Shown: positions 9,794-20,033, counted from the first letter of the stretch. The stretch is DNA of 64,000 nt from an uncultured virus (IMG/VR IMGVR_UViG_3300027578_000004) (IMGVR_UViG_3300027578_000004), one strand, 5' to 3'. Notes: generated from the sequence alone by a model not told the origin. Translations and numbers: made by a program.

Positions 9794-11116
9794 ATGAGTA
9801 AACCACTATGTTTAATTTCTGGTCCAGTCTTCAACCGTAGCGGATACGGTGATTGGGCAACAGCCGTTGCTAAGAGCATCGTTCGATATGATAAATACGA
9901 TGTAAAGATTGCACCTACTCGTTGGGGTAATTGTCAACCAAAACGTTATATCGAAGAACTGACAGATCCAGAAGATAGAAACCTCACTACGAAGTTTCTG
10001 TTGCAACCTCTTCAAAAGCAACCAGATCTGTTTATTCAATTGAGTATTCCCAATGAGTTTCAGCGTGTGGGTAAATACAACATCGGTATGACCGCTGGTA
10101 TTGAAACCACAGTCGCATCTGGTGAGTTCATTGAAGGTGTGAATAGAACCGATTTGACCATCGCATTGTCTAAACATTCCAAGGATGTGTTGGAAAGCAC
10201 CAAGATGTTGAAGCAAACCCCAGATGGTAAGCGTGAAGAAATTGCGGTCAAGAAGCCAATCGAAGTGTGTTTCTGGGGAGCTGACACTCGTATCTTCAAG
10301 AAGACTGATGAACGAGTTGCAACCGTTGATGAAGCACTCGCCAATATCAAGGAAGACTTTGCTTACTTGTTTGTTGGTCAGTGGACTCACAGTGGATTGT
10401 TTGCAGATCGTAAGGACATTGCAAATCTAGTCAAGACCTTCTGTGAAGCATTTAACAACAATTCACCGAACAAGCCATGTTTGATCCTCAAGACTTCGGG
10501 TGTTGGATTCTCAACTGTTGATAGGTTTGAAATTCTAAACAATATCAATAAGATTACCTCGTCGTTTGAAGGTCAAGTTCCTAATGTATATCTGTTGCAT
10601 GGTGAGTTGACCGAGGTAGAAATGAACGCACTGTTCAATCATCCAAAGGTAAAGGTTCATATTTCATTTACTCATGGTGAGGGATATGGTCACCCATTGT
10701 TGTTACAAACACTCAGTGGTAAGCCAGTTCTTGCTCCAGATTGGAGTGGTCACCTTGACTTCATGAATCCAAAGTATGCTACATTACTTCAAGGTCAATT
10801 GGTTGATGTAGATAAAAAGTCCGTCAATCAGTGGATCATCAAGGACAGTAAGTGGTTTAGAGTATCTTATGGTCTAGCTGAAACTAAGATGAAGGAAATC
10901 TTCAATAGTAGACCAAAGAAGATATTTGAAAATGCAGAACTTCTTCGTCAAGAAAACGCCGAGAAGTTTAGTATGGATGCCATGGACAAGAGACTGTGGA
11001 CTATATTGGATCAGTATGTCCCCAAGTTTGCTGTTGAGAATCAATTTGTGCTTCCAAAGTTCACTAAGTCAACTGGTGACTCTTTGTCGGCTGGACTACC
11101 TACATTGAAGATCTAA
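9794..11116 (+). CDS. GT4-like glycosyltransferase
   Basis: PVFNRSGYG, FVGQW, DRKD, LILKT, THGEGYGHPLL, WSGHLDF. Confidence 0.85.
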   Translation: MSKPLCLISGPVFNRSGYGDWATAVAKSIVRYDKYDVKIAPTRWGNCQPKRYIEELTDPEDRNLTTKFLLQPLQKQPDLFIQLSIPNEFQRVGKYNIGMTAGIETTVASGEFIEGVNRTDLTIALSKHSKDVLESTKMLKQTPDGKREEIAVKKPIEVCFWGADTRIFKKTDERVATVDEALANIKEDFAYLFVGQWTHSGLFADRKDIANLVKTFCEAFNNNSPNKPCLILKTSGVGFSTVDRFEILNNINKITSSFEGQVPNVYLLHGELTEVEMNALFNHPKVKVHISFTHGEGYGHPLLLQTLSGKPVLAPDWSGHLDFMNPKYATLLQGQLVDVDKKSVNQWIIKDSKWFRVSYGLAETKMKEIFNSRPKKIFENAELLRQENAEKFSMDAMDKRLWTILDQYVPKFAVENQFVLPKFTKSTGDSLSAGLPTLKI

Positions 11117-11117
11117 C

Positions 11118-11759
11118 ATGTTTCTTTCATACTTAATTACCACCCATAACGAAACGACCAGCTTGGATAAGTTGTTGTCCAAGCTGGTTTCTTCCCTCAA
11201 ACCAAACCAAGAAATTGTTGTGATTGATGATCACTCAACTAATCCAGATACACTGGCTGTGTTTGAGAAGTATCAAAACTCTATACAACTACGTCTTCAT
11301 AGATTGGATAACAACTATGGAGCACAAAAGAACTTTGGTATTGACTCTTGTAGAGGTGAGTGGATATTCCAACTTGACGGTGACGAATATCCTACGGATG
11401 CTTTGTTGGAACACATTGAATTATTAATCAAACAAAATGATGTCAATGATGTCATTTGGTTGCCAAGATGCAATAATTTCACGGGTGTAACTCAAGCTGA
11501 CATTGATATGTGGGGTTGGCGTATGGTTGAGGGTATGGTAAACTTCCCAGACTATCAGTCACGGTTGTATAAGAGAAAGCCAAACATTCGTTACAAGAAA
11601 CGTTTGCATGAACGAGTTGAAGGTTATGATAGCTATACCATTATTCCTCCTCAAAAGGAATATGCAATTGTTCATGAAAAGACGATTGAAAAACAACGTG
11701 AAAGTAATGATCGGTATATGAAGAACTTTACTGTCGAGGAAAATCTGGGAACTCCATAA
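11118..11759 (+). CDS. GT2 glycosyltransferase
   Basis: YLITTHNE, IVVIDDHS, QKNFGI, WIFQLDGDE, LHE. Confidence 0.9.
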   Translation: MFLSYLITTHNETTSLDKLLSKLVSSLKPNQEIVVIDDHSTNPDTLAVFEKYQNSIQLRLHRLDNNYGAQKNFGIDSCRGEWIFQLDGDEYPTDALLEHIELLIKQNDVNDVIWLPRCNNFTGVTQADIDMWGWRMVEGMVNFPDYQSRLYKRKPNIRYKKRLHERVEGYDSYTIIPPQKEYAIVHEKTIEKQRESNDRYMKNFTVEENLGTP

Positions 11760-11760
11760 C

Positions 11761-12732
11761 ATGAGAACTTGTTTTATCAGTCCAATCAACATAAACGGAA
11801 AGGTTCCACGAAACTTCAACAACTTGAGTGTTGTGGTATCTTGGCCTGTTGCATCTGACTCTGATATCATCAACGTCTTTGGTTTGGCACAGTCCGATCC
11901 CCAGTCCATACAACAACAGTATGATATTGGTGTGATAATTCTACCCAAGGACATTTCACAACTCAATCTTGAGACACTTCTTGTCAATGCTAAAAAGTTG
12001 TGTAAGAAGGTTGGTCATATGCAAGAGGGTAGTCATTGGTATTATCAAGATTACAAGTATGTTGATCAAATCAGATATTTGAACTTTGTTGGATCTATGG
12101 ATATACTGTTTGCTCATAGTAAAACAGATGTTCCATATTACAGTGGTATATACAAAAAGAAAACGTATACTATTCAAACTCTGATTGTGGATGATGGGTT
12201 ACGTGCGAAGAACATTACCCCAGAACGTAATGGTGAAGTTATTATTGGTGGTAACTTCTGTAGTTGGTATAGTGGGATTGATAGTTACTTTGTGGCACGT
12301 AACTTCAATAAACCTATTTGGGTTCCAAGTATGGGTAGACGTATTGAAAATGAAGAACATACTCCAAATCTAAACCACTTGCCATTTTTGGAGTGGACTG
12401 ATTGGATGATTGCCTTGTCCAAGTTTAGTTATGGTGTTCATTTGATGAGACCCAGAGTTGCTGGAACGTTTGCATTGAATTGTTCTTATTGGGGTATACC
12501 ATGTATTGGATACACAGGATTGGACACTCAACAAATTCTACATCCAGATCTAAGTGTTGATACTGGAGACATTGAAAGTGCTAATAAGTTGGCAATTCAA
12601 CTACGTGATGATAAAGATTTTTACAACCAATGTGTTGATGTTACCAAATCAAATTATCAAAAATATTACACCGAACAAGTTTGGTTGAAACAATGGAGAG
12701 AAATGTGCAATGATATTTTGGCGAATTCTTAA
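11761..12732 (+). CDS. Putative GT-B glycosyltransferase
   Basis: C-terminal AGTFALNCSYWGIPCIG resembles a GT-B donor-binding motif; lies in the GT cluster. Confidence 0.55.
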   Translation: MRTCFISPININGKVPRNFNNLSVVVSWPVASDSDIINVFGLAQSDPQSIQQQYDIGVIILPKDISQLNLETLLVNAKKLCKKVGHMQEGSHWYYQDYKYVDQIRYLNFVGSMDILFAHSKTDVPYYSGIYKKKTYTIQTLIVDDGLRAKNITPERNGEVIIGGNFCSWYSGIDSYFVARNFNKPIWVPSMGRRIENEEHTPNLNHLPFLEWTDWMIALSKFSYGVHLMRPRVAGTFALNCSYWGIPCIGYTGLDTQQILHPDLSVDTGDIESANKLAIQLRDDKDFYNQCVDVTKSNYQKYYTEQVWLKQWREMCNDILANS

Positions 12733-13576
12733 CGATAAACGAGTGAATGTATATGAATGTGAAGCTTTGGGATTTCCTCAAAGTGATGCTAGATTCATTC
12801 CCGATGACTATTTGGCAAAACAAAAGTTCGTGATTCTCAGAACATGTTTTGGTATTGGTGATTGGGGTATCATCTCAGCACTACCACGCAAACTAAAAAG
12901 AAAGTATCCAGATTGTAAGGTTTATCTACCATCTGAGGCGTTGTTGTTCAAATTGTTCTCAGACATTCTAAGTCCGTCTGTTCTGACCAACAAACCATTT
13001 AGTGTAGTCAAAGACATATTTGCAAATAATCCTTATGTGGACGGTTATGTTGATACTTGTGAGGGTGATGTATTTCACGATCACTACAGAATCTATAATC
13101 CAGAATTACCCGATGAACCTCTTGCCAAACAAATGTTGAAGTTCTGGCAATTCAGAGATCATGAATTGGATGATGTTTTGCCAGAATTGTATTTTAGCAA
13201 ATCAGAGATTGGTTTGGGTGATAAAATCATCAATGGGTTTACTGGTGACAAGCCATTTGGAACACTGTTGTTGTCGAACCGTTATGACTATCAATCAGAT
13301 GAAAAGTTGTTGAAATACATCAATCTGTATGATTTACCTTATTACTACTGGACATCAAAACCAATAGAACTCACAAGGTTTGCTAATATAAACAAAGTGT
13401 TGGATATGAGTATGTTACCTCTACGTATTCAGTTTTACATAAAAACTCGAGCACTTGTCAACATTGGAAATCAAAGTGGTATGAATGATACCATTGCAAA
13501 GTATACCAAGAACATCACGCTTCAAAGACAATTTCCATTGGGAGGTAATTTTGTCGAAGCAACGCAATACATCTAA
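12710..13576 (+). CDS. GT9 (ADP-heptose:LPS heptosyltransferase)-like protein
   Basis: GIGDWGIISALPRKLKRKYPDCKV, IFANNPYVD, NIGNQSG resemble the GT9 GD...P / N-P-x-vD / G-x-DSG motifs. Confidence 0.6.
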   Translation: MIFWRILNDKRVNVYECEALGFPQSDARFIPDDYLAKQKFVILRTCFGIGDWGIISALPRKLKRKYPDCKVYLPSEALLFKLFSDILSPSVLTNKPFSVVKDIFANNPYVDGYVDTCEGDVFHDHYRIYNPELPDEPLAKQMLKFWQFRDHELDDVLPELYFSKSEIGLGDKIINGFTGDKPFGTLLLSNRYDYQSDEKLLKYINLYDLPYYYWTSKPIELTRFANINKVLDMSMLPLRIQFYIKTRALVNIGNQSGMNDTIAKYTKNITLQRQFPLGGNFVEATQYI

Positions 13577-13580
13577 TATT

Positions 13581-14243
13581 ATGGAAAACAAACTAAAATT
13601 TGACTGGGAAAACTATAAAACAGACAAAAACATGACTGGTCATGGATACAATGATTGTTATGATGATGTTTTTGAGACACGCCGATTTTTGTGTAAAAAT
13701 GTAATAGAAATAGGAACTAGACCAGGTAGTATCAATTTGTGGAATGACTATTTTCCAAATTCTACTCTATATGGTTTGGACATACTTGACCCAAAAGTAA
13801 AAAGTGACCGATTTGTTTATGAACATGTGAATCAAGGAAGTGAAGAAGATTGGCAAACTTTCAAAAACAAATATGACTTCACGTTTGATGTCATAATTGA
13901 TGACGGTCCACATACGACTCCAGAACAGTTGATATGCTTCAATACAGTGTTTGAGAAACTATCATCTGGTGGTATATTTGTAATAGAAGATTTACATGCG
14001 ACCGAACCGTATGACAACACCTATCTTAGGAATAGAAAATATTGTAATTTCTCGATTCTTGATGTATTGAAAAATTTCCAAAATAACATATACACACCAA
14101 TTGAATTGTTGCCAAACATGTCATATATTCAGAGTAATATTGACAGTGTAGTTATAAAAAAATCCAAGAGAAACCGTTGGTATAATGAATGGCCACATTA
14201 TACAAAGGAATCATCGGAAATAGCTTTTATTTTTAAAAAGTAA
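13581..14243 (+). CDS. Class I SAM-dependent methyltransferase (sugar O-methyltransferase-like)
   Basis: HGY, VIEIG, YGLDI, FDVIIDDGPH, GGIFVIEDL. Start set at ATG 13581. Confidence 0.8.
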   Translation: MENKLKFDWENYKTDKNMTGHGYNDCYDDVFETRRFLCKNVIEIGTRPGSINLWNDYFPNSTLYGLDILDPKVKSDRFVYEHVNQGSEEDWQTFKNKYDFTFDVIIDDGPHTTPEQLICFNTVFEKLSSGGIFVIEDLHATEPYDNTYLRNRKYCNFSILDVLKNFQNNIYTPIELLPNMSYIQSNIDSVVIKKSKRNRWYNEWPHYTKESSEIAFIFKK

Positions 14244-14279
14244 AAACTATGTATTAAGACGAACTACGTTACTTTAAAC

Positions 14280-15482
14280 ATGAAAATAAGTTTTATAATA
14301 CCAAGCAGAAACAACCTGAAGTATCTCAAGTGGGCATATGCTTCTTTGAGAAAAAATCTAAGTCACACACAACATGAAGTTTGTGTCGCTGATGATTTTA
14401 GTGATGATGGAACAGCTGATTGGTGTAAGCAAACTGCCGAGAACGATCCTCATTTTAAGTTCATTCGGAACGATGGTCCAACCCGTCTAGGTCACACAAT
14501 TTTATATGACCGTTTGATCAACGACGTTGCCACCAACGATGTGGTCATGATTTACCACGCCGACATGTATGCGTGTCCAAATTTTGACAAGCACATTGAG
14601 AAATACATTCAGCCAGGCACAGTTGTGAGTTTGACCCGAATCGAACCACCTCTTCATCCTCCAGGCCCAGAGAAGATTGTGATGGATTTTGGAACTGAGC
14701 CAGAGTTGTTTATTGAAGAGAACTTCTTAAAGTGGTTCAATGAAAGTAAGATCAACCGCCGTGACAAAACCACCGAGGGTATATTCGCACCATGGGCTCT
14801 TTACAAAAAGGACTTTCAATCAATTGGTGGTCATGATCCACTTTATGCTCCTCAAAGCAAAGAAGACAGTGACATCTTCAATCGTTTTCAATTGAACGGT
14901 TACAAGTTTGTTCAAACATGGGAAGGATGTGTATATCACATGACTTGTCGTGGTAGCCGTTATAATCCTACTCTAACCACCGTTGGTAAGGAAAGTGATG
15001 AGTGGTTGGCTCAGAACAACAAGAGTGCCAGAAACTTCATTCGTAAGTGGGGTCACTTTGTGAAACACACAGATACCATGAAGCCTATTGTGCCTAAACG
15101 TTACGATGTTGGGTTTGTAGCAATCAATTGTGATGAATACAGATTGATGTTGTTGGAACCATGGTGTGACACAATCTATACAGACGTTCCATATGATCGT
15201 TATATTCAGGCTGAACAAAAGAATACCAAATTCAATCTCAAGAAGAAATTGAAGAGATATGAGGATCAAAAGACAAATGATGTAATTGTTGAGTTCGATG
15301 CATCTAAGTTAACTACACAAAACTTTGAGTTCTTCAACATGCTTCAATTGATGTTGGAAGATAGTGGTGTTATAGGTAGCGTAGAGTTTGATATTTTCAA
15401 GTTAAAGGTAAATAACTTAAAAGATTATGGTCGAGGATTGATAGATATTAATGATAAGTGGTATTTAGAAAAACTAGTATGA
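14280..15482 (+). CDS. GT2 glycosyltransferase
   Basis: SFIIPSRNN, ADDFSDDGT, HADM, IGGHD, KEDSD, VYH. Confidence 0.9.
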   Translation: MKISFIIPSRNNLKYLKWAYASLRKNLSHTQHEVCVADDFSDDGTADWCKQTAENDPHFKFIRNDGPTRLGHTILYDRLINDVATNDVVMIYHADMYACPNFDKHIEKYIQPGTVVSLTRIEPPLHPPGPEKIVMDFGTEPELFIEENFLKWFNESKINRRDKTTEGIFAPWALYKKDFQSIGGHDPLYAPQSKEDSDIFNRFQLNGYKFVQTWEGCVYHMTCRGSRYNPTLTTVGKESDEWLAQNNKSARNFIRKWGHFVKHTDTMKPIVPKRYDVGFVAINCDEYRLMLLEPWCDTIYTDVPYDRYIQAEQKNTKFNLKKKLKRYEDQKTNDVIVEFDASKLTTQNFEFFNMLQLMLEDSGVIGSVEFDIFKLKVNNLKDYGRGLIDINDKWYLEKLV

Positions 15483-16276
15483 ATAAAGTATCAATAGGAA
15501 TCATTGGTTATGGATATGTAGGAAAAGCGTTTCATAACTTTTTCAAGGGTCATTATGATGTAAAGATCTATGATCCAGCACTTGCAAATTCATCTACGAA
15601 GGATGATATCAATAAGTGTGATCTTGCTGTAATTTGTGTTCCAACTCCAGAAAACGAAGATGGTAGTTGTAACACTGCTATTGTGGAACAAACGGTTCAG
15701 TGGGTAAATACTCCATTGATTCTTTTGAAGTCTACTGTAGAAATTGGAACCACAGATCGTCTCATAAAGACATACAATAAAGATATTGTGTTTAGTCCAG
15801 AGTTTGCTGGTGAATCAAAGTATTGGACACCCGATGGATTTACTACCGACGTTAAACAAACTCCGTTCTTTATTTTTGGTGGTAAGAAAGAATTGTGTTA
15901 TAAATTGATTGAGATCTATACACCAATTACAGGTCCAAGCAAAACTTATAGAGTAACTGATCCAATCAATGCCGAACTCGCAAAGTATATCACCAACACT
16001 CAGTTGGCGATGAAGGTGGCATATTGTAATGAGATCTATGACCTCTGTGAGAAGTTGGGAACCAACTATTATGAAGTTCGTGATCTATGGTTATTGGACC
16101 CTAGAACTACCAAATCACATACAGCGGTGTTTACTGGTGAACGTGGTTTCGGTGGTAAGTGCTTTCCAAAAGATACAAAGGCTTTGGTTAAGTTGGGTGA
16201 CAAGGTTGGTGTTGACCTAGCAATACTAAAGAGTGTATTGGATAGTAATGAAAAACAACTGAATAAAAACGTATGA
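15479..16276 (+). CDS. UDP-glucose/GDP-mannose 6-dehydrogenase family protein (short form)
   Basis: GYGYVG, ICVPTP, KSTV, FSPEF, AELAKY, GFGGKCFPKD (catalytic Cys). Start at the ATGA overlap, 15479. Confidence 0.9.
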   Translation: MNKVSIGIIGYGYVGKAFHNFFKGHYDVKIYDPALANSSTKDDINKCDLAVICVPTPENEDGSCNTAIVEQTVQWVNTPLILLKSTVEIGTTDRLIKTYNKDIVFSPEFAGESKYWTPDGFTTDVKQTPFFIFGGKKELCYKLIEIYTPITGPSKTYRVTDPINAELAKYITNTQLAMKVAYCNEIYDLCEKLGTNYYEVRDLWLLDPRTTKSHTAVFTGERGFGGKCFPKDTKALVKLGDKVGVDLAILKSVLDSNEKQLNKNV

Positions 16277-16650
16277 ATCTAGCAGACCTCGACATTCCTC
16301 TAATTTTCTGGATATCATTTATACTAATAGTGTGGTTTGAAAGTGATATCATGACGACCATCGCCACCTTAACAAATACTCGTAATTTGATTAGAATAGA
16401 TGAGTTCTCAAAGTATAAATTAGAAGTTGATGCGATGTCTAACTATCCTACGTTTTTGTATAGTAAATACCCAAGTTACTTTACAAAGCTAATATCATGT
16501 CCAATTTGTTTATGTTTCTGGTCAACATTAGCAACGGTGAGTGTGTTGGTATATACAGTTGGTTATCATGAAATATATACTCTGTTGTTGTTTCCAATCA
16601 ACTATGTATCCAGTTTGTTTATCTATTTAATTATACGTAAGCTACTATGA
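16273..16650 (+). CDS. Membrane protein with CxxC (DUF1360-like)
   Basis: Several hydrophobic segments; LISCPICLCFW. Confidence 0.6.
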   Translation: MNLADLDIPLIFWISFILIVWFESDIMTTIATLTNTRNLIRIDEFSKYKLEVDAMSNYPTFLYSKYPSYFTKLISCPICLCFWSTLATVSVLVYTVGYHEIYTLLLFPINYVSSLFIYLIIRKLL

Positions 16651-16928
16651 TTATCGGCGACTATCAATCGTTTTATAACTTAATCAAAGGTGATCCAAAC
16701 CAAATTGCAATTAGTTTGGGTGAATGCATTGACGGATTGTCAAGAATCTGTTCGTGTAACAAAAGCAGAAAACAAGCAAAAGCTCAAGAGTGTAACGAAC
16801 TTTATGTTAAGTTTGTGAAGAACAACCAAAACACTTTGGCTGACTATATGCGCAATAAAACAAATGATGCGGAAATAGTTTTTAACCATAACTCGCATCA
16901 TCCGATTTTGAAATTGAAACTACGTTAG
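16647..16928 (+). CDS. Hypothetical protein
   Basis: 93 aa, ATGA-coupled to the upstream gene, Cys-containing. Confidence 0.65.
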   Translation: MIIGDYQSFYNLIKGDPNQIAISLGECIDGLSRICSCNKSRKQAKAQECNELYVKFVKNNQNTLADYMRNKTNDAEIVFNHNSHHPILKLKLR

Positions 16929-17587
16929 ATTACAGACTTAGTTACAATCTTCATTGAAATCAAAGCATCCTCAACATGTTTTCTAATGTAAGGACACTCC
17001 AATAACTGTTCCTTGGTTGTGTATTTCTCCGACATATCTTCCCATTCAAAAGCATAATCGGCACGTTTCATCACCTTGGGATTATTAAGCATCTCATGTT
17101 CATTAGGAGCTGCTTCATAAATTTTAACTGGCTTTGATGTGGTGACTCTACGTTTGGATGGAGCTGGACCCATCTTGAATCGGGTAACATGAACCAACTT
17201 GCCTGCCATCTTGAATTGAAGCCAAGTGCATTCATCTTCTGGATAATGATCATATCTGATATCGGTGATGAAAAATACATCTGCCTTTGACTTGGCAATG
17301 TGCTTTTCCACCTTTTGAGTCCAATATTTACCTTCACTGGTCTTTCTCATTACATCACCATATGCCACAAGAAGTGGACGAATAATGGTCTTTTGTGCGG
17401 TATCTTCTGTGAACACATCAATACCCGTCTTTTTGAAAATAAGATCCTTGAGATCACTCTTCAATTCATAAGCAAGAGCATGACGCTCTGTCTTGAGTTT
17501 ATATTGTTTTTCAAGAATGTCTTGTGCGACAGTTGTAAACAAATCTTTTCCGCTTCTGGCCATGCCTGATACACCTATAACTTTCAT
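16925..17587 (-). CDS. Deoxynucleoside monophosphate kinase (T4 gp1-like)
   Basis: IGVSGMARSGKD, LAYELK, RPLLVAYG, ITDIRY. Confidence 0.8.
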   Translation of the reverse strand: MKVIGVSGMARSGKDLFTTVAQDILEKQYKLKTERHALAYELKSDLKDLIFKKTGIDVFTEDTAQKTIIRPLLVAYGDVMRKTSEGKYWTQKVEKHIAKSKADVFFITDIRYDHYPEDECTWLQFKMAGKLVHVTRFKMGPAPSKRRVTTSKPVKIYEAAPNEHEMLNNPKVMKRADYAFEWEDMSEKYTTKEQLLECPYIRKHVEDALISMKIVTKSVI

Positions 17588-17591
17588 AATA

Positions 17592-18089
17592 TTAATCCTT
17601 GGTAAATAGTTCTTCTACTTCTGTTTGTGAATATCCGAAAGATGCGACCAACGTTTGCAATTCCTTGATACCATCTTCAGTCGAAATAAGTAGGTTGTAG
17701 TAATCTTTGGAATCACGACTACCCACATTAAATTTTCTACAGATGCAATCTATAATTGTTTGGTTGGGATCTTTTGTAGACTTCTTGATATATGGATAAA
17801 ACTTGAAGTCCTTGGGTAGACACTGAATCAACAATGTATACATTTGCTTCTCAGGCAAAACCTCCATGTATTTTGATATCAACGATATTTCTTCGATGAC
17901 ATTTGGGTCCATGCTCAAGACTCGTAGAATCATGTATTTACTGAATGACTTTTGTTCACTTTCAGTCAATGACTCATAATAATCTGGACTTTGAACTTGA
18001 CGGATGTGTTTAACGTGATCAAACAATCCTTTACTCTTTACTACGGTCTCTTCGCTGTTGGAAGCTTTGCCTTTTCGTTTCATTGCCAT
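17592..18089 (-). CDS. Probable clamp loader small subunit (gp62-like)
   Basis: LFDHVKHI...FSKYMILRVLSM...YPYIKK resembles T4-like gp62. Confidence 0.55.
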   Translation of the reverse strand: MAMKRKGKASNSEETVVKSKGLFDHVKHIRQVQSPDYYESLTESEQKSFSKYMILRVLSMDPNVIEEISLISKYMEVLPEKQMYTLLIQCLPKDFKFYPYIKKSTKDPNQTIIDCICRKFNVGSRDSKDYYNLLISTEDGIKELQTLVASFGYSQTEVEELFTKD

Positions 18090-18327
18090 ACATTCTAATA
18101 CGTCGCTTCAGTTCTTCAAGATCTTTTATGACCTTGACTCGTTCACCAGACAACAATTCAAATGCTTCAGTTATTGTAGTGAATAACTTGTCTGATTCGT
18201 TCTTCGTATTTTCCAGATTTTGTTTAAGATTGTTGATTTGTTTACGAAGACTGGTATAAAGAAAAAATGTGGCTGCTATCGACAGCAGCCACATTCCAAC
18301 AATCAATGTTGTTGTTCCTAATGTCAT
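18031..18327 (-). CDS. Membrane-anchored coiled-coil protein
   Basis: N-terminal transmembrane helix followed by heptad-rich sequence. Confidence 0.55.
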   Translation of the reverse strand: MTLGTTTLIVGMWLLSIAATFFLYTSLRKQINNLKQNLENTKNESDKLFTTITEAFELLSGERVKVIKDLEELKRRIRMYGNETKRQSFQQRRDRSKE

Positions 18328-18330
18328 TGA

Positions 18331-18534
18331 TTAGGCCTTGTAACCAGCAGCGAGAACCTCACGGAGGGCCTTGATCTGACGACCGTTCAAATCGAGGCGG
18401 GTATCACCAGCACGAAGGGTCAAACGAGCAGCCTTCTTGGCACCAGCAACTGGAGTGGAGAGATAGAGCTCAACACCAGTGGTATTGTGGCCGACGAAGT
18501 TAGTCTTGTTACGAGCATTCTTACGAGTATACAT
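18331..18534 (-). CDS. Small basic protein
   Basis: 67 aa, Arg/Lys-rich, codons look more GC-rich than the neighbours, own promoter. Confidence 0.75.
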   Translation of the reverse strand: MYTRKNARNKTNFVGHNTTGVELYLSTPVAGAKKAARLTLRAGDTRLDLNGRQIKALREVLAAGYKA

Positions 18535-18598
18535 ATTTATTTTCCTTTTTATTTGTTTTTGTTTTTTTGTTTCGTTAGTTCATCACCAACTTGTAATT

Positions 18599-18626
18599 AT
18601 CTTACCACACGTTCTTAGATAGTCAA
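18599..18626 (-). promoter_or_regulatory. Early-type promoter
   Basis: TTGACT-N16-TAAGAT with GTGG immediately before the -10. Confidence 0.55.
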
Positions 18627-18641
18627 CAACATCTACTTCTT

Positions 18642-19553
18642 TTATTTTTGGATGTTGCTTTCGAAGTATTCAATCGCATAGTCCTTTGCTTTGAACTCAA
18701 AGTCCAAGTCAATGTCTTCGCCAACGAACTCTTCGGGAAACTTGGTAGGATAGTCCGCATGCGCACGAGGATTACGATTTTTGACATCGTTATCGCTGAA
18801 ATGAAACAGCGGAACATAACTACCCCATGTAGATTTTGCCAGTGTAACTGCATTTTTAGCAGTGAGACCGCCAGTATTACACTGAAAATGTAAATTGTCA
18901 TATGTAATCGGAATACCAGTTTCTTGATAAATGTAGTTATACAGCTGGTCAACATTCCAACTATTGGGTTTGTCTTCGTTCTCCAATACCAAACGACTCT
19001 TAACACCCTCAGGAAGCTGTCTAAACACCTCTATAAACCGTTTTGCCGTAGCTTTGAGGTCTCCCTTATAACAGTTCATGTGGATGTTTATAGGCGCATT
19101 ATACGAACGAGGAAGACCCAACCGATCCATAATATCAGCATGATAGGTCAATTCCACAATAGATTTCTGTGCCACAGACTCATTTGCACTGGCAGGAACC
19201 ACAAACTGGTCGGGATGAGTGCTACAACGAATATTACTATTTTTGATAAGAATAGCACATTCACGAAATGCTTGATCAATCTTGTCTTTATCTGGAAGAC
19301 AATCGAATGATAGATCTGCTTCGGGTAGAGTTTTTAGAGGAAATAGATCGCTACTTACACGATAATTCCATCCTTTATCGATACAATACTTGATAGTTTC
19401 TTTTGTAACATTAACGTTGTTTAATACACGTTTGCTAAGAATTTCAAGTGAATCGACACGTTCAAGTGCAAGAAACCGTGATTTTGTCATGGTATTTGCT
19501 TTGAAACCACGTTCTTGGAGCTTAAGGGATATACAACACAAACTTTTTCTCAT
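18642..19553 (-). CDS. uvsE: UV damage endonuclease
   Basis: YRVSSDLFP, STHPDQF, INIH, RLVLENED, ITYDNLH, PLFHFS, AHADY, EFKAKD. Confidence 0.93.
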   Translation of the reverse strand: MRKSLCCISLKLQERGFKANTMTKSRFLALERVDSLEILSKRVLNNVNVTKETIKYCIDKGWNYRVSSDLFPLKTLPEADLSFDCLPDKDKIDQAFRECAILIKNSNIRCSTHPDQFVVPASANESVAQKSIVELTYHADIMDRLGLPRSYNAPINIHMNCYKGDLKATAKRFIEVFRQLPEGVKSRLVLENEDKPNSWNVDQLYNYIYQETGIPITYDNLHFQCNTGGLTAKNAVTLAKSTWGSYVPLFHFSDNDVKNRNPRAHADYPTKFPEEFVGEDIDLDFEFKAKDYAIEYFESNIQK

Positions 19554-19560
19554 GGTTCTT

Positions 19561-19588
19561 ATTATACCACGAGCAAGTGTGAAGTCAA
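19561..19588 (-). promoter_or_regulatory. Early-type promoter for uvsE
   Basis: TTGACT-N16-TATAAT with GTGG before the -10; 7 nt to the ATG at 19553. Confidence 0.7.
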
Positions 19589-20005
19589 TTAGAAGCTACC
19601 ACTACCGCTTTGGCTACCGCTAAATGAACCAGTAGCACAACAATCAACACCCAATATTGGACAGAAGTATCCAAGTAGTTTCCATGTGGTAGGGCCAGCA
19701 GCTGTTTTAACCCAAGAGGCTTTCTTGTTGATGCCTTGGGTTAAAACATACTGTGTTTTTTTAGTAAGATCGGGAAATTGATCTGATAATGAATTAAAAT
19801 CTGCGTCTGTATTTGCTCTATACCAGATTAAATTGTCATTTTTAATGAGCAAATCACCAGGATCACCAGTGAATACACCTTCAGGAGAAGTATCTTTTTC
19901 CGTCGTTGTTCTAGCAGACTTAGCAAATTGCGTCAGCTTAGATACAAATTTCTGATATCTATCTGCAAACGTATAATTGACGGACGGATTTTTACTTTTT
20001 CCCAT
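19589..20005 (-). CDS. Hypothetical, possible virion appendage protein
   Basis: SPEGVFTGDPGDLL...WVKTAAGPTTW resembles a short phage fibre module; late-type motif at 20017-20024. Confidence 0.55.
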   Translation of the reverse strand: MGKSKNPSVNYTFADRYQKFVSKLTQFAKSARTTTEKDTSPEGVFTGDPGDLLIKNDNLIWYRANTDADFNSLSDQFPDLTKKTQYVLTQGINKKASWVKTAAGPTTWKLLGYFCPILGVDCCATGSFSGSQSGSGSF

Positions 20006-20033
20006 GCCTTTACCATAATAAATAGTAAAAATC

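Noticed and set aside
13485..13580. N-terminal extension of the methyltransferase in the ORF track
   Set aside because: It overlaps the upstream gene by ~90 nt; ATG 13581, just after that gene's stop, is more plausible. Similar trimming was applied at 6564, 7498, 15479, 25041, 37137 and 52219.
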